Shown here piece after piece: positions 10,316 to 20,813 of a DNA stretch of 64,000 bases. Each line of letters starts with the position of its first letter. Position 1 is the stretch's first letter. The translations under genes and the position numbers were made by a program. Source of the DNA: Opitutales bacterium. Its GTDB lineage: Bacteria > Verrucomicrobiota > Verrucomicrobiia > Opitutales > UBA2987. The notes below the pieces were generated by a model that was not told the origin of the DNA, ran no database searches, and worked only from the letters and a program-made list of their open reading frames with translations. The stretch lies in NCBI GenBank assembly GCA_965226885.1, contig CBDDEL010000017.1, positions 800,001 to 864,000 of the forward strand, in the 5' to 3' direction.

Positions 10316-11329
10316 ATGTCAATTTTCATAGATTCTTCGTTTGAACCCGGTTTGGTTAGTGTAATTATACCGACCTACAATAGGGCTCATTTCTTAAAGG
10401 AGTGTATCCAATCGGTATTTGAACAAACATACCGGAAATTTGAGATAATTATCATTGATGATGGATCAACGGATAATACTGAAGAAGTGGTCAACACTAT
10501 TAAATCTAAGTATGCTAATCAAAATTTAAAATATTATTATACTAAAAATGAAGGTGCTCCTTCAGCCCGCAATAAGGGTCTAACCCAATCTAGCGGAGAA
10601 TATATTCAATACCTTGATTCAGATGATTTGCTCTTGCCGAGTAAAATCCAGTCACAGGTTGATTTTTTAAGTAATAATCCAGATTCAGAAGCTGTTTACA
10701 GTTATTCCCGCAGTTTTAATGATGACAACCGAAAACGCCTTGGCGCGCGAATATATCATGATCCAAAAGATAAACTTGAATTTGCATTAAGACCTTGGGT
10801 GATTCTATTTCACACAGAATCCCCGTTATGGAGGCGATCAGCTACAATTCTAATTGGACCATGGGATGAAAATATTACTCATGGTCAAGATTTTGAATAT
10901 TTGATTCGTTTCCTGGTTACCGGAAATAAATTGGGTTGTACTCGAAAATTGCATTCTCATTATCGAATACATGCATCTCGAATGTCGGTCGGTGCTACGG
11001 GGAAAAGAGATCTAGAAAGCTGCACATACTTAAGTCATAAATTATTTTCATTTTTTTCTTCATATAAAAATGGTTCTTATCTTACAGCGCTTTCAGAGAG
11101 AATTTGGCGTGAATGGACTAAATTAATTAATTTTGGTTTTAAAAAGGAAGGAGATATTTTACTGCAATTATTAAAAGATATTGAATCGAAAGGGGAATTG
11201 TCACGTTTTGTGAAACTAGCCATTCAGGATACGAATAATCCAAACTTAAAAAGATCCTTATTTTTTATGCGCCATTATAGATATTGGAGAATAATTAATC
11301 GTTTAAGAGGAATCCGTTTTACTAATTAA
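10316..11329 (+). CDS. Glycosyltransferase family 2
   Basis: VSVIIPTYNR, IIDDGSTD, ARNKG, YLDSDD. Visibly AT-rich compared with its neighbours. Confidence 0.9.
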   Translation: MSIFIDSSFEPGLVSVIIPTYNRAHFLKECIQSVFEQTYRKFEIIIIDDGSTDNTEEVVNTIKSKYANQNLKYYYTKNEGAPSARNKGLTQSSGEYIQYLDSDDLLLPSKIQSQVDFLSNNPDSEAVYSYSRSFNDDNRKRLGARIYHDPKDKLEFALRPWVILFHTESPLWRRSATILIGPWDENITHGQDFEYLIRFLVTGNKLGCTRKLHSHYRIHASRMSVGATGKRDLESCTYLSHKLFSFFSSYKNGSYLTALSERIWREWTKLINFGFKKEGDILLQLLKDIESKGELSRFVKLAIQDTNNPNLKRSLFFMRHYRYWRIINRLRGIRFTN

Positions 11330-11761
11330 TTCGAAGAAGCGATCATAACATTGCATTTGGAAGAGCATTTTATGTTCCCGGGGAAGGTCGAGGACGAGTC
11401 AAAATGGTCCCTTTAAGGGAAGGCCGATCTGTTTGTGCTACCGACTTATAGCGAGAATTTCGGATTGGTCGCGGCGGAAGCTTTTGCTTACGGAACGCCG
11501 GTAATCACGACCAAGGGGGCCCCATGGGGTAGTTTGTTAACTCATCGTTGCGGCTGGTGGATCGAAACCGGCATCGACCCTCTGGCTGGGGCTCTGATAG
11601 AGGCCATTTTACTGAACGATGCGGATCGAGCGGCGATGAGCATCGGAGGGAGGAAATTAATTGAGGAGCGATTTTCCAACGTCAAGGCCGTTCAACCAAT
11701 GATCGAGGTTTACCAATGGGCGCCAGGTAATGGGTCGAGGCCGGAGTGTGTTTTATTTTGA
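11330..11761 (+). pseudogene. Glycosyltransferase family 4 C-terminal remnant
   Basis: FPGKVEDESKWSL*GKADLFVLPTYSENFGLVAAEAFAYGTPVITT. In-frame stop and no N-terminal half. Confidence 0.8.
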
Positions 11762-11806
11762 ATGATTGAATAGTGGGCGGTTTTTGTCCTTAATGGGTTT
11801 TGCCAA

Positions 11807-12379
11807 ATGAGCGACGTACCACAGATAGATGTTTCCGACCACCGGAAGAACCTCAATTATAACAAGAGGGTATTGCTGATCCGCGTGGCCTGGGCGTTGG
11901 CAAGGCCGTTGTTCAGGTTAAGCCCGCGCCATTTTTACGGATGGCGAAATATGCTACTACGCTTATTCGGGGCCAAAGTCGGGCGGAAGGTGCGGATTTA
12001 CCCGTCGGCCAATATTTTTTATCCCTGGCAATTCAAAATCGGTGATTGGTCCTCCATTGGCTGGGGGGTGGATATTTACAGCCTGGGCAAAATTTCCATC
12101 GGGGCCAATGTGTTGATTTCGCACCGGGCGCACCTGTGCGCGGGCACGCATGATATAAGCAAATCCAACCTGCCGCTGCTAACGCCGCCCATATCCATCG
12201 GTGATGGCAGTTGGGTGTGCAGCGAGGCCTTTATCGGCCCCGGCATATCCGTCGGCCGGGGGACCGTGGTGGGAGCTCGGGCAGTGGTTGTCAAGGATGT
12301 GCCGGATGGGGCGGTTGTGGCGGGCAACCCGGCCAAGATCATCAATAGGAAGCCGTTTAAAGAGAGCCGCACTGAGTAA
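11807..12379 (+). CDS. wcaF: WcaF-like polysaccharide acetyltransferase (left-handed beta-helix)
   Basis: LLRLFGAKVG, HLCAGTHD, hexapeptide repeats, VAGNPAK. Confidence 0.8.
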   Translation: MSDVPQIDVSDHRKNLNYNKRVLLIRVAWALARPLFRLSPRHFYGWRNMLLRLFGAKVGRKVRIYPSANIFYPWQFKIGDWSSIGWGVDIYSLGKISIGANVLISHRAHLCAGTHDISKSNLPLLTPPISIGDGSWVCSEAFIGPGISVGRGTVVGARAVVVKDVPDGAVVAGNPAKIINRKPFKESRTE

Positions 12380-12392
12380 ACGGTTATTGGCC

Positions 12393-13760
12393 ATGAGCAG
12401 AATTTTTTTCAAACTATTCCTCCTTTTGCTGGACGTTTTTTGTCTGACCGGGTTTTACGTGTTGTCTCTGCGGGTGAGGTTTTCGGAAAATTTCGCCTCC
12501 TATTTCGATCCCTACGTGTTCTCTATTTTGCTCCCATCGACTATCCTGACGATGGTTGTTATCGGAGGCTACAACCGTTCCAACGATTTGATCGGTTTAC
12601 GCTTTGCCAGTGAACATGTCATCGCATCGGTCATCAATTTTTTCCTCGTTTTGTTTCTCATCTATTTTCTAACGGGCGTCATTGCGGCGCGGGCCAACGT
12701 GGCTATAGTTTTGATTGTCTTCCCTCTCTGGTCGCTGGCGGTGCGCTACATACTGGCAACCTTGACGCGCAAAACACTGGTCAAACGGTCCCTTTACATA
12801 GTGGGCGCGGGAGAACAGGCAGTGGACTTTTTTCATGTTCTCAAAACCAACAAATGGCCCCAAAATCTGGTCTTTTTCGATCCCACCCTGAAAAGAAAAG
12901 GGGATCACCTGGTTGCCGGGGATTCATCGTCACCCATAATTCAAGGGGACATTGTCGAAGCACTGGACACTGAGGGATCTGAAGTGGATTCCATTGTCAT
13001 CGCTGAAAAAGCGGAGAATTTGCCGCAATCATTGATGGAAAAATTGGTGTCCATTCATTTCATGAAAGCCCAGGTGCAGACACTCTACACTTTTTTTGCC
13101 ACCCATTGGAAAATGGTGCCTGTTTCCCAGGTATCGCCTTATTGGGCTTTTGAAGAAGGCTTTCGGCTCAACAGCAGTTTGACCTATGAAAGAGCCAAAC
13201 GAATTTTCGATATCATTTTCGCGCTGACAGGAATCTTTATTCTATGGCCGATACTACTGATTGTAGCCATGATGGTCAGGCTGAGCAGCCCCGGCCCGGC
13301 CGTATTCAAACAAATCCGGGTGGGCCGCGATGAAAAACCATTCACCCTGTATAAATTTCGCACCATGGTCGTAGGATCGGAAGATAAAGATCTTTACACG
13401 CGGCCCGAAGATAAGCGCATCACCCGTGCCGGTTCATTCCTGAGAGTTACCCGCTTGGACGAACTGCTTCAAATGTGGAATGTTCTGCGGGGCGAAATGA
13501 GCGTCATCGGACCGAGGGCCGAATGGATAAAAATCGTTGAGGAATACGAAAAAAAAATTCCTTATTATCATTTTCGCCATCTTGTAAAACCCGGCATAAC
13601 GGGCTGGGCGCAGGTCAACTATCCCTATGGCGAAAGCGACCGCGACGCCGTGGAAAAATTAAAATACGACCTCTATTATGTCCGCCACTATTCGCTTTTG
13701 CTCGATTTGTCCATCTGCCTGAAAACCATATACGTCATCCTATTTGGCCAAGGACGTTAA
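12393..13760 (+). CDS. Polyprenyl glycosylphosphotransferase (priming sugar transferase, WcaJ/WbaP type)
   Basis: N-terminal TM helices, KRIFDI, YKFRTM, RLDELLQMWNVLRGEMSVIGPR, VKPGITGWAQV, DLYYV. Confidence 0.9.
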   Translation: MSRIFFKLFLLLLDVFCLTGFYVLSLRVRFSENFASYFDPYVFSILLPSTILTMVVIGGYNRSNDLIGLRFASEHVIASVINFFLVLFLIYFLTGVIAARANVAIVLIVFPLWSLAVRYILATLTRKTLVKRSLYIVGAGEQAVDFFHVLKTNKWPQNLVFFDPTLKRKGDHLVAGDSSSPIIQGDIVEALDTEGSEVDSIVIAEKAENLPQSLMEKLVSIHFMKAQVQTLYTFFATHWKMVPVSQVSPYWAFEEGFRLNSSLTYERAKRIFDIIFALTGIFILWPILLIVAMMVRLSSPGPAVFKQIRVGRDEKPFTLYKFRTMVVGSEDKDLYTRPEDKRITRAGSFLRVTRLDELLQMWNVLRGEMSVIGPRAEWIKIVEEYEKKIPYYHFRHLVKPGITGWAQVNYPYGESDRDAVEKLKYDLYYVRHYSLLLDLSICLKTIYVILFGQGR

Positions 13761-13800
13761 ACCCGCCCGGACCGGCTGAAACTCCGGCCAATGAGCAACC

Positions 13801-16095
13801 ATGACGCTCTCCAATAAAAAGATAAAATACATCCAGCGGTTTTCGGGCAAAAAAGCAGCCTCGCAAATGGCCCGCGATTTGAAAATCCCGGTGGAGCAGG
13901 TATTGGCCGTTATGGGAAGCGACTCCGCAGCCAAAGCCATTCAGGAGAGGGATGTCTGGGAAACCTGCGGAGACCTGATTCTGCCCGTTATTATAGTCGT
14001 TGCTCCGCTTCTCGTTATTGAGCGCAATTGGGATTACACCAATATGCCGAAAGCGGTTTTTATCCAATTCGGAACTATGTTCTGGCTAACTTTTTGGTTT
14101 GTTCAGGCATTTCGCAAAGGTCGTTTGGAAATATTAAAATGCCCACTGTATTTTCCTCTGGCTGGATTTGTGGGGTGGGCGCTGATGTCGTTGTTCTGGG
14201 CCCGGGAGCCGTTTGGAGGTTTTATCGTGTGGACTCGCTGGTGCGCCTGCGGGGTGGTATTTTTCCTCGCCCTGCAATCCCTGGGCAGGCCCGGCCAAAT
14301 CAATCGCCTGTTTGTAGCCATCGCTATTTCCGGAACGTTGGTCGCCCTGCTGGGGTGCGCCCAATATTTATACGGCGTTGATCTGGTAAAACAAACCGCC
14401 AAACCTGCCTCAACTTTTGCCAATAAAAACATGGGGGCGCAAATGATGATCATAACCCTGCCGGCCGCGGCAGCGGTGTTTCTATCGGCCCGCAGGGCCC
14501 TCGCCATCTGGTTCGGCTCACTATCGGCACTCGTTATGGCGACCTATCTGTTTTACACATTTACGAGGGCGGCCTGGCTGTCCGTCATGGCGGAGATCAT
14601 TCTGGCCCTCCTCATTTTCGCCCTATTTATGTTAAAGAAAAAGGGAAAACGGCCTTCTCTAAAGCGCCGGTTATTTATTCCCGGCGCAATTTCATTGATC
14701 CTTCTCGCGCTGACCACAAATTACACTCGCGACGGCATGGCCTGGCAGTGGGGAAAAGCGGTCCGCGAATTAAAGGGTTTGAGCTCGGCCCTCCAGGATA
14801 AAGAAAAAGTGGTCAAAAATAGTGAAAGCGACGTTGACGTCCGGGTTAAAGACCACGGCGGTAGCAGCCGGGAGCGTTTGGCCCTCTGGAGCAATATTCT
14901 GGAGATGGTGAAGGATCATCCGGTAAAGGGCGTCGGTCTGTATAATTTTATCGTTTATTATCCACTGGCAGCCAGTAAAGGAGGTTCGCAAAGGGGATTG
15001 ACCATGATCCGGAGGCCGGCCGAAGCCCATAACGATTACCTGCAGGCAACGGCAGAATTGGGGATCCCATTCGTGGTTTTTCTATTCTGGTCGCTAACTT
15101 TAATGGCTCGACAAGCGTGGAAGGTGGCCGGGGTTCCCGGTTCGGGCAAAGACCGATTGGCGGCGGCCGCCTGTTTGGCGGGAATCTGCGGACTAGGGGT
15201 GGACGCGCTTTTCAGTTTCCCTTTTTACCGGGCCATGCCGCCCTTTGCTTTGGCGTTATATGGGGCGGGACTTTTTTCGGTGGATCCGGTCAACCATAAA
15301 GAGGGGACATCTTCCTGGCGGTTGGAAAAAAAGGGTTGGGCCCTGGGTGGAGTGGCGGCGGGGCTGATCCTTATCGTGGTTTGGTCATCGCTGCAATACC
15401 GCTGGATGAAAGCCGACCGTTTCTTTCGCTCCCAACGGCACGCCATGACCTTGAAAAAAGACTGGCAAATCGTCATCAACCTGGGGGAAAAGGTCCTCAA
15501 ATACAACCCCTTGCGCAAAGATGCCAAACACCTTATCGGCAGGGCCTACGCAGTAACCGGCAGGCCGCAGGAAGCCCGCAAATACCTGGAGTCATTTGAT
15601 CGGTATTATCCCCATGATGGCTTCAACCTCTTTTACCTGGCCCAGGCATACGGCGACCTGCAAGAGTACGACAAGGCAACAATGGTTCTCGAACACGCAA
15701 CGAAAATTTTGCCGCACGATGGATTTTTGCAAGGTGGGCTGGGCCAGGTTTACCAAATTAAAGACCGCCATGAGGAGGCTTTGCGGCAATACCGTCTGGC
15801 GACCGAATTATTGCCCAAAAACAGTTTTTATTATTCCTTGCTGGGAAGCGCGTCCGCAACTCTGGGGAAAATCGAGGACGCGGAATCGGCTTTCTCCAAA
15901 TCCTTAGCCTTGAAGGAAAATTCGCCCCGCGCCCATAAAGGCATGGGGGAATTGCTGATCAACATACCCAAACGCAAGCCGGAAGCTATCACACACCTGG
16001 AAAGAGCGTTGGAATTGGACCCAAATATCGAAAATGCCCAAAAATACCGCAAAATTATCTCGAAATTCAAAAAACATTCCGGCCGCCAAAATTAA
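13801..16095 (+). CDS. O-antigen ligase/O-OTase-like (Wzy_C) membrane protein with C-terminal TPRs, paralog 1
   Basis: Many TM segments, STFANKN, TRAAW, GVGLYNF, AHNDYLQATAELG, TPR-like tail. Confidence 0.85.
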   Translation: MTLSNKKIKYIQRFSGKKAASQMARDLKIPVEQVLAVMGSDSAAKAIQERDVWETCGDLILPVIIVVAPLLVIERNWDYTNMPKAVFIQFGTMFWLTFWFVQAFRKGRLEILKCPLYFPLAGFVGWALMSLFWAREPFGGFIVWTRWCACGVVFFLALQSLGRPGQINRLFVAIAISGTLVALLGCAQYLYGVDLVKQTAKPASTFANKNMGAQMMIITLPAAAAVFLSARRALAIWFGSLSALVMATYLFYTFTRAAWLSVMAEIILALLIFALFMLKKKGKRPSLKRRLFIPGAISLILLALTTNYTRDGMAWQWGKAVRELKGLSSALQDKEKVVKNSESDVDVRVKDHGGSSRERLALWSNILEMVKDHPVKGVGLYNFIVYYPLAASKGGSQRGLTMIRRPAEAHNDYLQATAELGIPFVVFLFWSLTLMARQAWKVAGVPGSGKDRLAAAACLAGICGLGVDALFSFPFYRAMPPFALALYGAGLFSVDPVNHKEGTSSWRLEKKGWALGGVAAGLILIVVWSSLQYRWMKADRFFRSQRHAMTLKKDWQIVINLGEKVLKYNPLRKDAKHLIGRAYAVTGRPQEARKYLESFDRYYPHDGFNLFYLAQAYGDLQEYDKATMVLEHATKILPHDGFLQGGLGQVYQIKDRHEEALRQYRLATELLPKNSFYYSLLGSASATLGKIEDAESAFSKSLALKENSPRAHKGMGELLINIPKRKPEAITHLERALELDPNIENAQKYRKIISKFKKHSGRQN

Positions 16096-16163
16096 TCTAT
16101 GAAATCCATTACTGGAAGAAGAGTTTCGGTAGATAATTTACCGGGTTGGTTGGACGACAAACC

Positions 16164-18446
16164 ATGGCGCTCTCCAAAAAGAAGTTAAAATTCCTGCAAC
16201 GGCACGCCGTGCGCAAGAGCCCGGCTGAACTTGCGCGCGAGCTGAATGTGCCGCTAAAGGAGGTCATGGCCCACCTGGGTTCGCTTCCAGACAAGGCGGC
16301 AGAGAGCAACACTGCCGCTCACAATTCGGATAAATATTTGGTCCGGGTGCTGGGCGGAATTATCTTTCTGGCGCCATTCATAATCCTGCAAGAATTATAC
16401 GACTTTTCCGATACTCCAAAAAAAGCATTCATCCAACTGGCTTCCTTGATTTTATTCGGGCTCTGGCTGCACAACCTTTCCCGGTCGACCGTTGTTGAGA
16501 TTCGCAAATGTTTTTTGTATTTACCATTAGGTATTTTTCTCCTATGGGCGCTTATCTCCAACAGTTGGGCCAGCGACCATTATAGGGCGTATACAATCGC
16601 AATTCACTGGGCGGCCTGCGGATTAGTTTTTTTCCTTGCCACACAAATCCTCGATAGCGCCCGCAAGCAGAACCTCATTTTAAGAATCATCTTCATCACC
16701 GCCATCCTGGTAGCCCTCCTCGGCCTGGCCCAGCAAATCTTCGGAGTCGAATGGGTTCGGCAGATTGCCATCCCGGCATCCACATTCGCCAACCGAAACG
16801 CCGCTTCCCAGTATGTCGTATTAACTTTCCCCCTGGGATTGATATTATTATCGACGGCCAGGAGGAGAGTCTTGATCTGGGCCATCGCCCTGTCCCTGGC
16901 AATAATAGCGTCCTACCTGTTTCATACCTTTACCCGGGCGGGTTGGCTGGCGGTCAGCGGCCAAATAACTCTTTTCCTGATTTATCTGGGCTATTGCCGA
17001 TTCAGACTCAAACAGGCGTTATATTGCGGCGGGCAAAAGCTGGCCGCAGTGGGGGCCGCCTTTTTGGTCTTCGTGCTATTGGCCAACCTATCGGAAGAAG
17101 GTTTGGGGTGGGGAAACCGTGGCGCCTTCGCACGGTTATCCAGTTTATGGAAAAACGATGCCAAAGAGATGCAATCCGCCAAAGAGAAATCTCCCTATAA
17201 GCGCTATAGATTGAACAGTGTCTCAACCCGCAAGACTCTCTACCGGAATACCTTGGAAATTATACGTGAATATCCCTGGAAGGGCGTGGGGCTGAATAAT
17301 TTCGTGGTCTATTACCCGAAAAGCACTCTCACCGGATGGCCGGACCGGGAAATCAAAATTAACAAACAACAGGCCAACACACACAACGATTACCTGCAAA
17401 TAACATCGGAATTGGGCATTCCGGCCGTAGCCGCCCTCCTTTGTTTTCTAGCTGCCCTGGCCGGCAGATTACCGGTTTTTTTTAGCAGACGGCTATCTCA
17501 GGAAGAGCGGGACACGGGCTGCGCCTTCCTGATCGGCATTCTGGGGCTTTGCTCCAACGCGGTGGTCAGTTTTCCCCTCTACTTGGCCATGCCTCCGTTT
17601 ATGCTGGGGATTTATACGGCCATTTTTTTCCTCATCACCGATAAAAGGGAAGATGGGAAAAATGCCAAATGGGTATTTTCCAACGGCAAAATGGCTTTCC
17701 TCGGCGTCATCCTGACGGCTATGATTTTGTGCTTCTGGATCTATTGGCAATATCGTTTTTTGCGTTCAGAATTTAATTACAACCTGCAAAGCATCGGTCT
17801 GCGCGACAGGTACTACAAAGCGTCCGTCCATTGGGGATTAAAGGCTCATGAAATGAACCCATGGCGCAAAGACGTGCACAATTATCTGGCCCGGGCGCTG
17901 CTAAAAATGGAAGACCGCGAGAGGGCCATAGAGCATTTTAAGCGATTCCATGAATCCTATCCCGACGCCACCTACAACCTTTACTACATGGCGCTTTGCT
18001 ATAAGGAACTCAATCAATTCGAAAAGGCCAGACCGCTGGTGGAAAGAGCCATCGAAATCCTGCCCGATGACGGCAGGCTGCGCGACCTCATGGGCTGGGT
18101 TTACAGCAGCCTCAAGCAGCCGGAGAAGAGCATCGAGGAATTTCGTCTGGCGGCCAATTTGATGCCTAAAAAAAGCAATTACCACTACAACCAGGGCGTA
18201 ACGGCGTTCTTGATGGGTAAATATGAGGAAGCCGCCGAGGCATTGGGAAAATCGGTGGAATTAAAAAGCGATTACTTTTTAGCCCGCAAATTTTTGGGGT
18301 TGACCCTGGTCTCGCATCTGGGACGGACGGAGGAAGGCCTCGTCCACCTCAAAAAGGCTCTGTCCCTCAAGCCCACCGGCAAAGATGCGAAAATGTTGCG
18401 GAAACTCCTGGAAAAGTTCGACCAGCCGGAACCATCAAACTTATAA
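16164..18446 (+). CDS. Wzy_C + TPR protein, paralog 2
   Basis: STFANRN, TRAGW, THNDYLQITSELG. Start set at MALSKKK by alignment with the paralogs. Confidence 0.85.
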   Translation: MALSKKKLKFLQRHAVRKSPAELARELNVPLKEVMAHLGSLPDKAAESNTAAHNSDKYLVRVLGGIIFLAPFIILQELYDFSDTPKKAFIQLASLILFGLWLHNLSRSTVVEIRKCFLYLPLGIFLLWALISNSWASDHYRAYTIAIHWAACGLVFFLATQILDSARKQNLILRIIFITAILVALLGLAQQIFGVEWVRQIAIPASTFANRNAASQYVVLTFPLGLILLSTARRRVLIWAIALSLAIIASYLFHTFTRAGWLAVSGQITLFLIYLGYCRFRLKQALYCGGQKLAAVGAAFLVFVLLANLSEEGLGWGNRGAFARLSSLWKNDAKEMQSAKEKSPYKRYRLNSVSTRKTLYRNTLEIIREYPWKGVGLNNFVVYYPKSTLTGWPDREIKINKQQANTHNDYLQITSELGIPAVAALLCFLAALAGRLPVFFSRRLSQEERDTGCAFLIGILGLCSNAVVSFPLYLAMPPFMLGIYTAIFFLITDKREDGKNAKWVFSNGKMAFLGVILTAMILCFWIYWQYRFLRSEFNYNLQSIGLRDRYYKASVHWGLKAHEMNPWRKDVHNYLARALLKMEDRERAIEHFKRFHESYPDATYNLYYMALCYKELNQFEKARPLVERAIEILPDDGRLRDLMGWVYSSLKQPEKSIEEFRLAANLMPKKSNYHYNQGVTAFLMGKYEEAAEALGKSVELKSDYFLARKFLGLTLVSHLGRTEEGLVHLKKALSLKPTGKDAKMLRKLLEKFDQPEPSNL

Positions 18447-18517
18447 TTCCATTTATTATTTGTCTCCCCTACCCTCCATGATGGATAAAAATCCGGTTTT
18501 GCCGCAGCGATTTCAAG

Positions 18518-20794
18518 ATGAGTCTTTCCAATAAAAAACTGAAATACATCCACCGCTTTGCGGGCAAGCAATCGCCCCAGGAGATGGCCAAAAAACTGCG
18601 CCTGCCGGTGGCCAAAGTGCAATTGGAAATTGAAAAACTTTCCGGCTCAAAGGTAAGGCCAAAACCAAAAAAATCCGCTTATTTTACCAGTTTTTACATC
18701 CTGGCGATTTTGGTTTTTCTGGTCCCGTTCCCAAACTTCGGGGAAATCTACGCCAGTTCCTATCTGCCCAAGGCCGCGCTCATCCAGATAGGTTCCCTGC
18801 TACTGCTGACGGTGTGGTTGTTCGAGCAGTTTCGCGCCAATACCCTGACCATTGTCAAATGCCGCCTTTACCTGCCATTGGCCGCTTTTCTTTTATGGGT
18901 GTTGTTGTCCATAACCTGGTCCTTAAACACCTACTCCGTATTATCGAAATGGACGCATTGGGCGGCCTGCGGGCTCATCTTTTTCCTGGCCGCGCAAATC
19001 ATAAAGAACAGGCAACAGGCGCGTTTCATTTTTATTATGATCGTGTCCTCGGCTGTGGTGCTGTCGTTTTTGGGATTTTTTCAATATTTGCTGAGGGTGG
19101 ATTGGTTTCCGCAAACGGCTCGTCCGGCCATTACCTTTGCCAATAAAAATATGGCCGCGCACTTTTTCGTGCTGGTCTTCCCGGCCGGCCTTTATCTGTT
19201 GCTGAGCGCTAAAAATAAACGGGCGATCTGGCTCTACGCCTTCTTCCTGGCCTGTTTAAATACCTATGTATTCTACACTCACACCAAAGCGGCATGGGTT
19301 TGCGTTACCTTCGAGTTCCTGCTTTTCATTTCCGTTTTCGTTTTCGAAAAGATTCGGTTCAAAACAAAAACCGATTTTGGTAAACATAAAGCGGCCGCTT
19401 TCGGGGTGGCCATTGCCCTGACTATTGCGATGTCCTTCCTGACGCCGGATGGCTTGCGCTGGCGAGGCCCAGAGACTTATAATTACATAGCGGGGATGTG
19501 GGATGCGGAAGCCCGCGTAGCCGATGAGAAATTGCAAAAGCTGCGTAAGTATTCCTCCATAAGCGTCGAATCGCGCCTGATATTATATCAGAACACCCTC
19601 GAGCTGTTCGCCAAAAAACCACTATTGGGAGTTGGGGCGGGCAATTTCAGCATCCACTACCCGACGGCCTCCATCAAACGGCCCAGAGATAATAAGAGCC
19701 TCATACTGAAACAAGCGGTGCATGGCCACAACGACTTCCTGCAACTGCTGTCGGAACTGGGCCTGCCATTCGCCATAATTTTCATTTGGGCCTGCGTCCT
19801 GTTTATCCAGGGAATTGGCAAATTGGGAAGAAAAGCATGTCCGCCCGAAGACCGCCAAATGGGCGCGGCGGCGTTGATTGCCCTGGCCGGGATAGCGCTC
19901 AATGCGAACTTTAGCTTTCCCTTCTACCGGGCCGTAGCACCGTTTTTACTGGCCGTTTACTCTGCCATATTCTTCACCGCATACCGAGGGTTTGCGGTTA
20001 AAAACCAGAATCGCGGAGATACCTGGTCAGTGGCCGGAACCCAATGGAGCAAAGTGTGTTTCATTCTCTCTCTGGCCGGATTGATCCTCTGGTCGATGGC
20101 GCAATACCGAGTCATTAAATCGGATGAGCATTATCATTCCATGCATGTGGCCATCAGGTTGGAAAAATATGAGGAAGCGCTGGCCCAGATAGAATTGGCA
20201 AAACATTACAACCCGCTGCCCAAAGAAACCATGAAGATGAAAGGCCAGATCTATCTGAAACTCGGAAAAGTGAAAAAAGCGAGGGATTTGCTGACTGCTT
20301 ACCAGAAATACAACCCCTATTACGCCCAGGGCCTGATGCTTCTGGGGAGAAGCCACCAGTTGCTGAAAGAATACCAGGAGGCAGAAAAAGCACTCCAAAG
20401 GGGCATCGAAATCGACCCCCATGTAGAGAGAATGCACGATTTGCTGGCCAGCGTAAAATCTTCCTTGGGCAAGCACGAAGAGGCTCTGAAGGAATTTCGC
20501 AGGGCCGCGGAACTGAAACCGGACAACTTCAACTACCAATACAATCTGGGGATCAAGGCCAGAGAAATGAAACGATTCGAGGAAGCCGCCGGCGCTTTCC
20601 GCAAAACGATCGATTTAAAACCCACCTTCGATAAAGGGCATTTGCTGCTCGGCCTGATCCTCTTTTACGAACTTGATGAACAGGATCCCGGCATCATCCA
20701 CCTGAATATAGCCCTTCGGTTGAATCCCCGGATCAAAGACGCCGGGCAGCTCAGGCAGATCATAGCCGCACACGAATCCAGTTCCGAGAGTTAA
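18518..20794 (+). CDS. Wzy_C + TPR protein, paralog 3
   Basis: ITFANKN, TKAAW, GHNDFLQLLSELG, TPR tail. Confidence 0.85.
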   Translation: MSLSNKKLKYIHRFAGKQSPQEMAKKLRLPVAKVQLEIEKLSGSKVRPKPKKSAYFTSFYILAILVFLVPFPNFGEIYASSYLPKAALIQIGSLLLLTVWLFEQFRANTLTIVKCRLYLPLAAFLLWVLLSITWSLNTYSVLSKWTHWAACGLIFFLAAQIIKNRQQARFIFIMIVSSAVVLSFLGFFQYLLRVDWFPQTARPAITFANKNMAAHFFVLVFPAGLYLLLSAKNKRAIWLYAFFLACLNTYVFYTHTKAAWVCVTFEFLLFISVFVFEKIRFKTKTDFGKHKAAAFGVAIALTIAMSFLTPDGLRWRGPETYNYIAGMWDAEARVADEKLQKLRKYSSISVESRLILYQNTLELFAKKPLLGVGAGNFSIHYPTASIKRPRDNKSLILKQAVHGHNDFLQLLSELGLPFAIIFIWACVLFIQGIGKLGRKACPPEDRQMGAAALIALAGIALNANFSFPFYRAVAPFLLAVYSAIFFTAYRGFAVKNQNRGDTWSVAGTQWSKVCFILSLAGLILWSMAQYRVIKSDEHYHSMHVAIRLEKYEEALAQIELAKHYNPLPKETMKMKGQIYLKLGKVKKARDLLTAYQKYNPYYAQGLMLLGRSHQLLKEYQEAEKALQRGIEIDPHVERMHDLLASVKSSLGKHEEALKEFRRAAELKPDNFNYQYNLGIKAREMKRFEEAAGAFRKTIDLKPTFDKGHLLLGLILFYELDEQDPGIIHLNIALRLNPRIKDAGQLRQIIAAHESSSES

Positions 20795-20813
20795 GGCTTT
20801 ATACCGGCCGGAT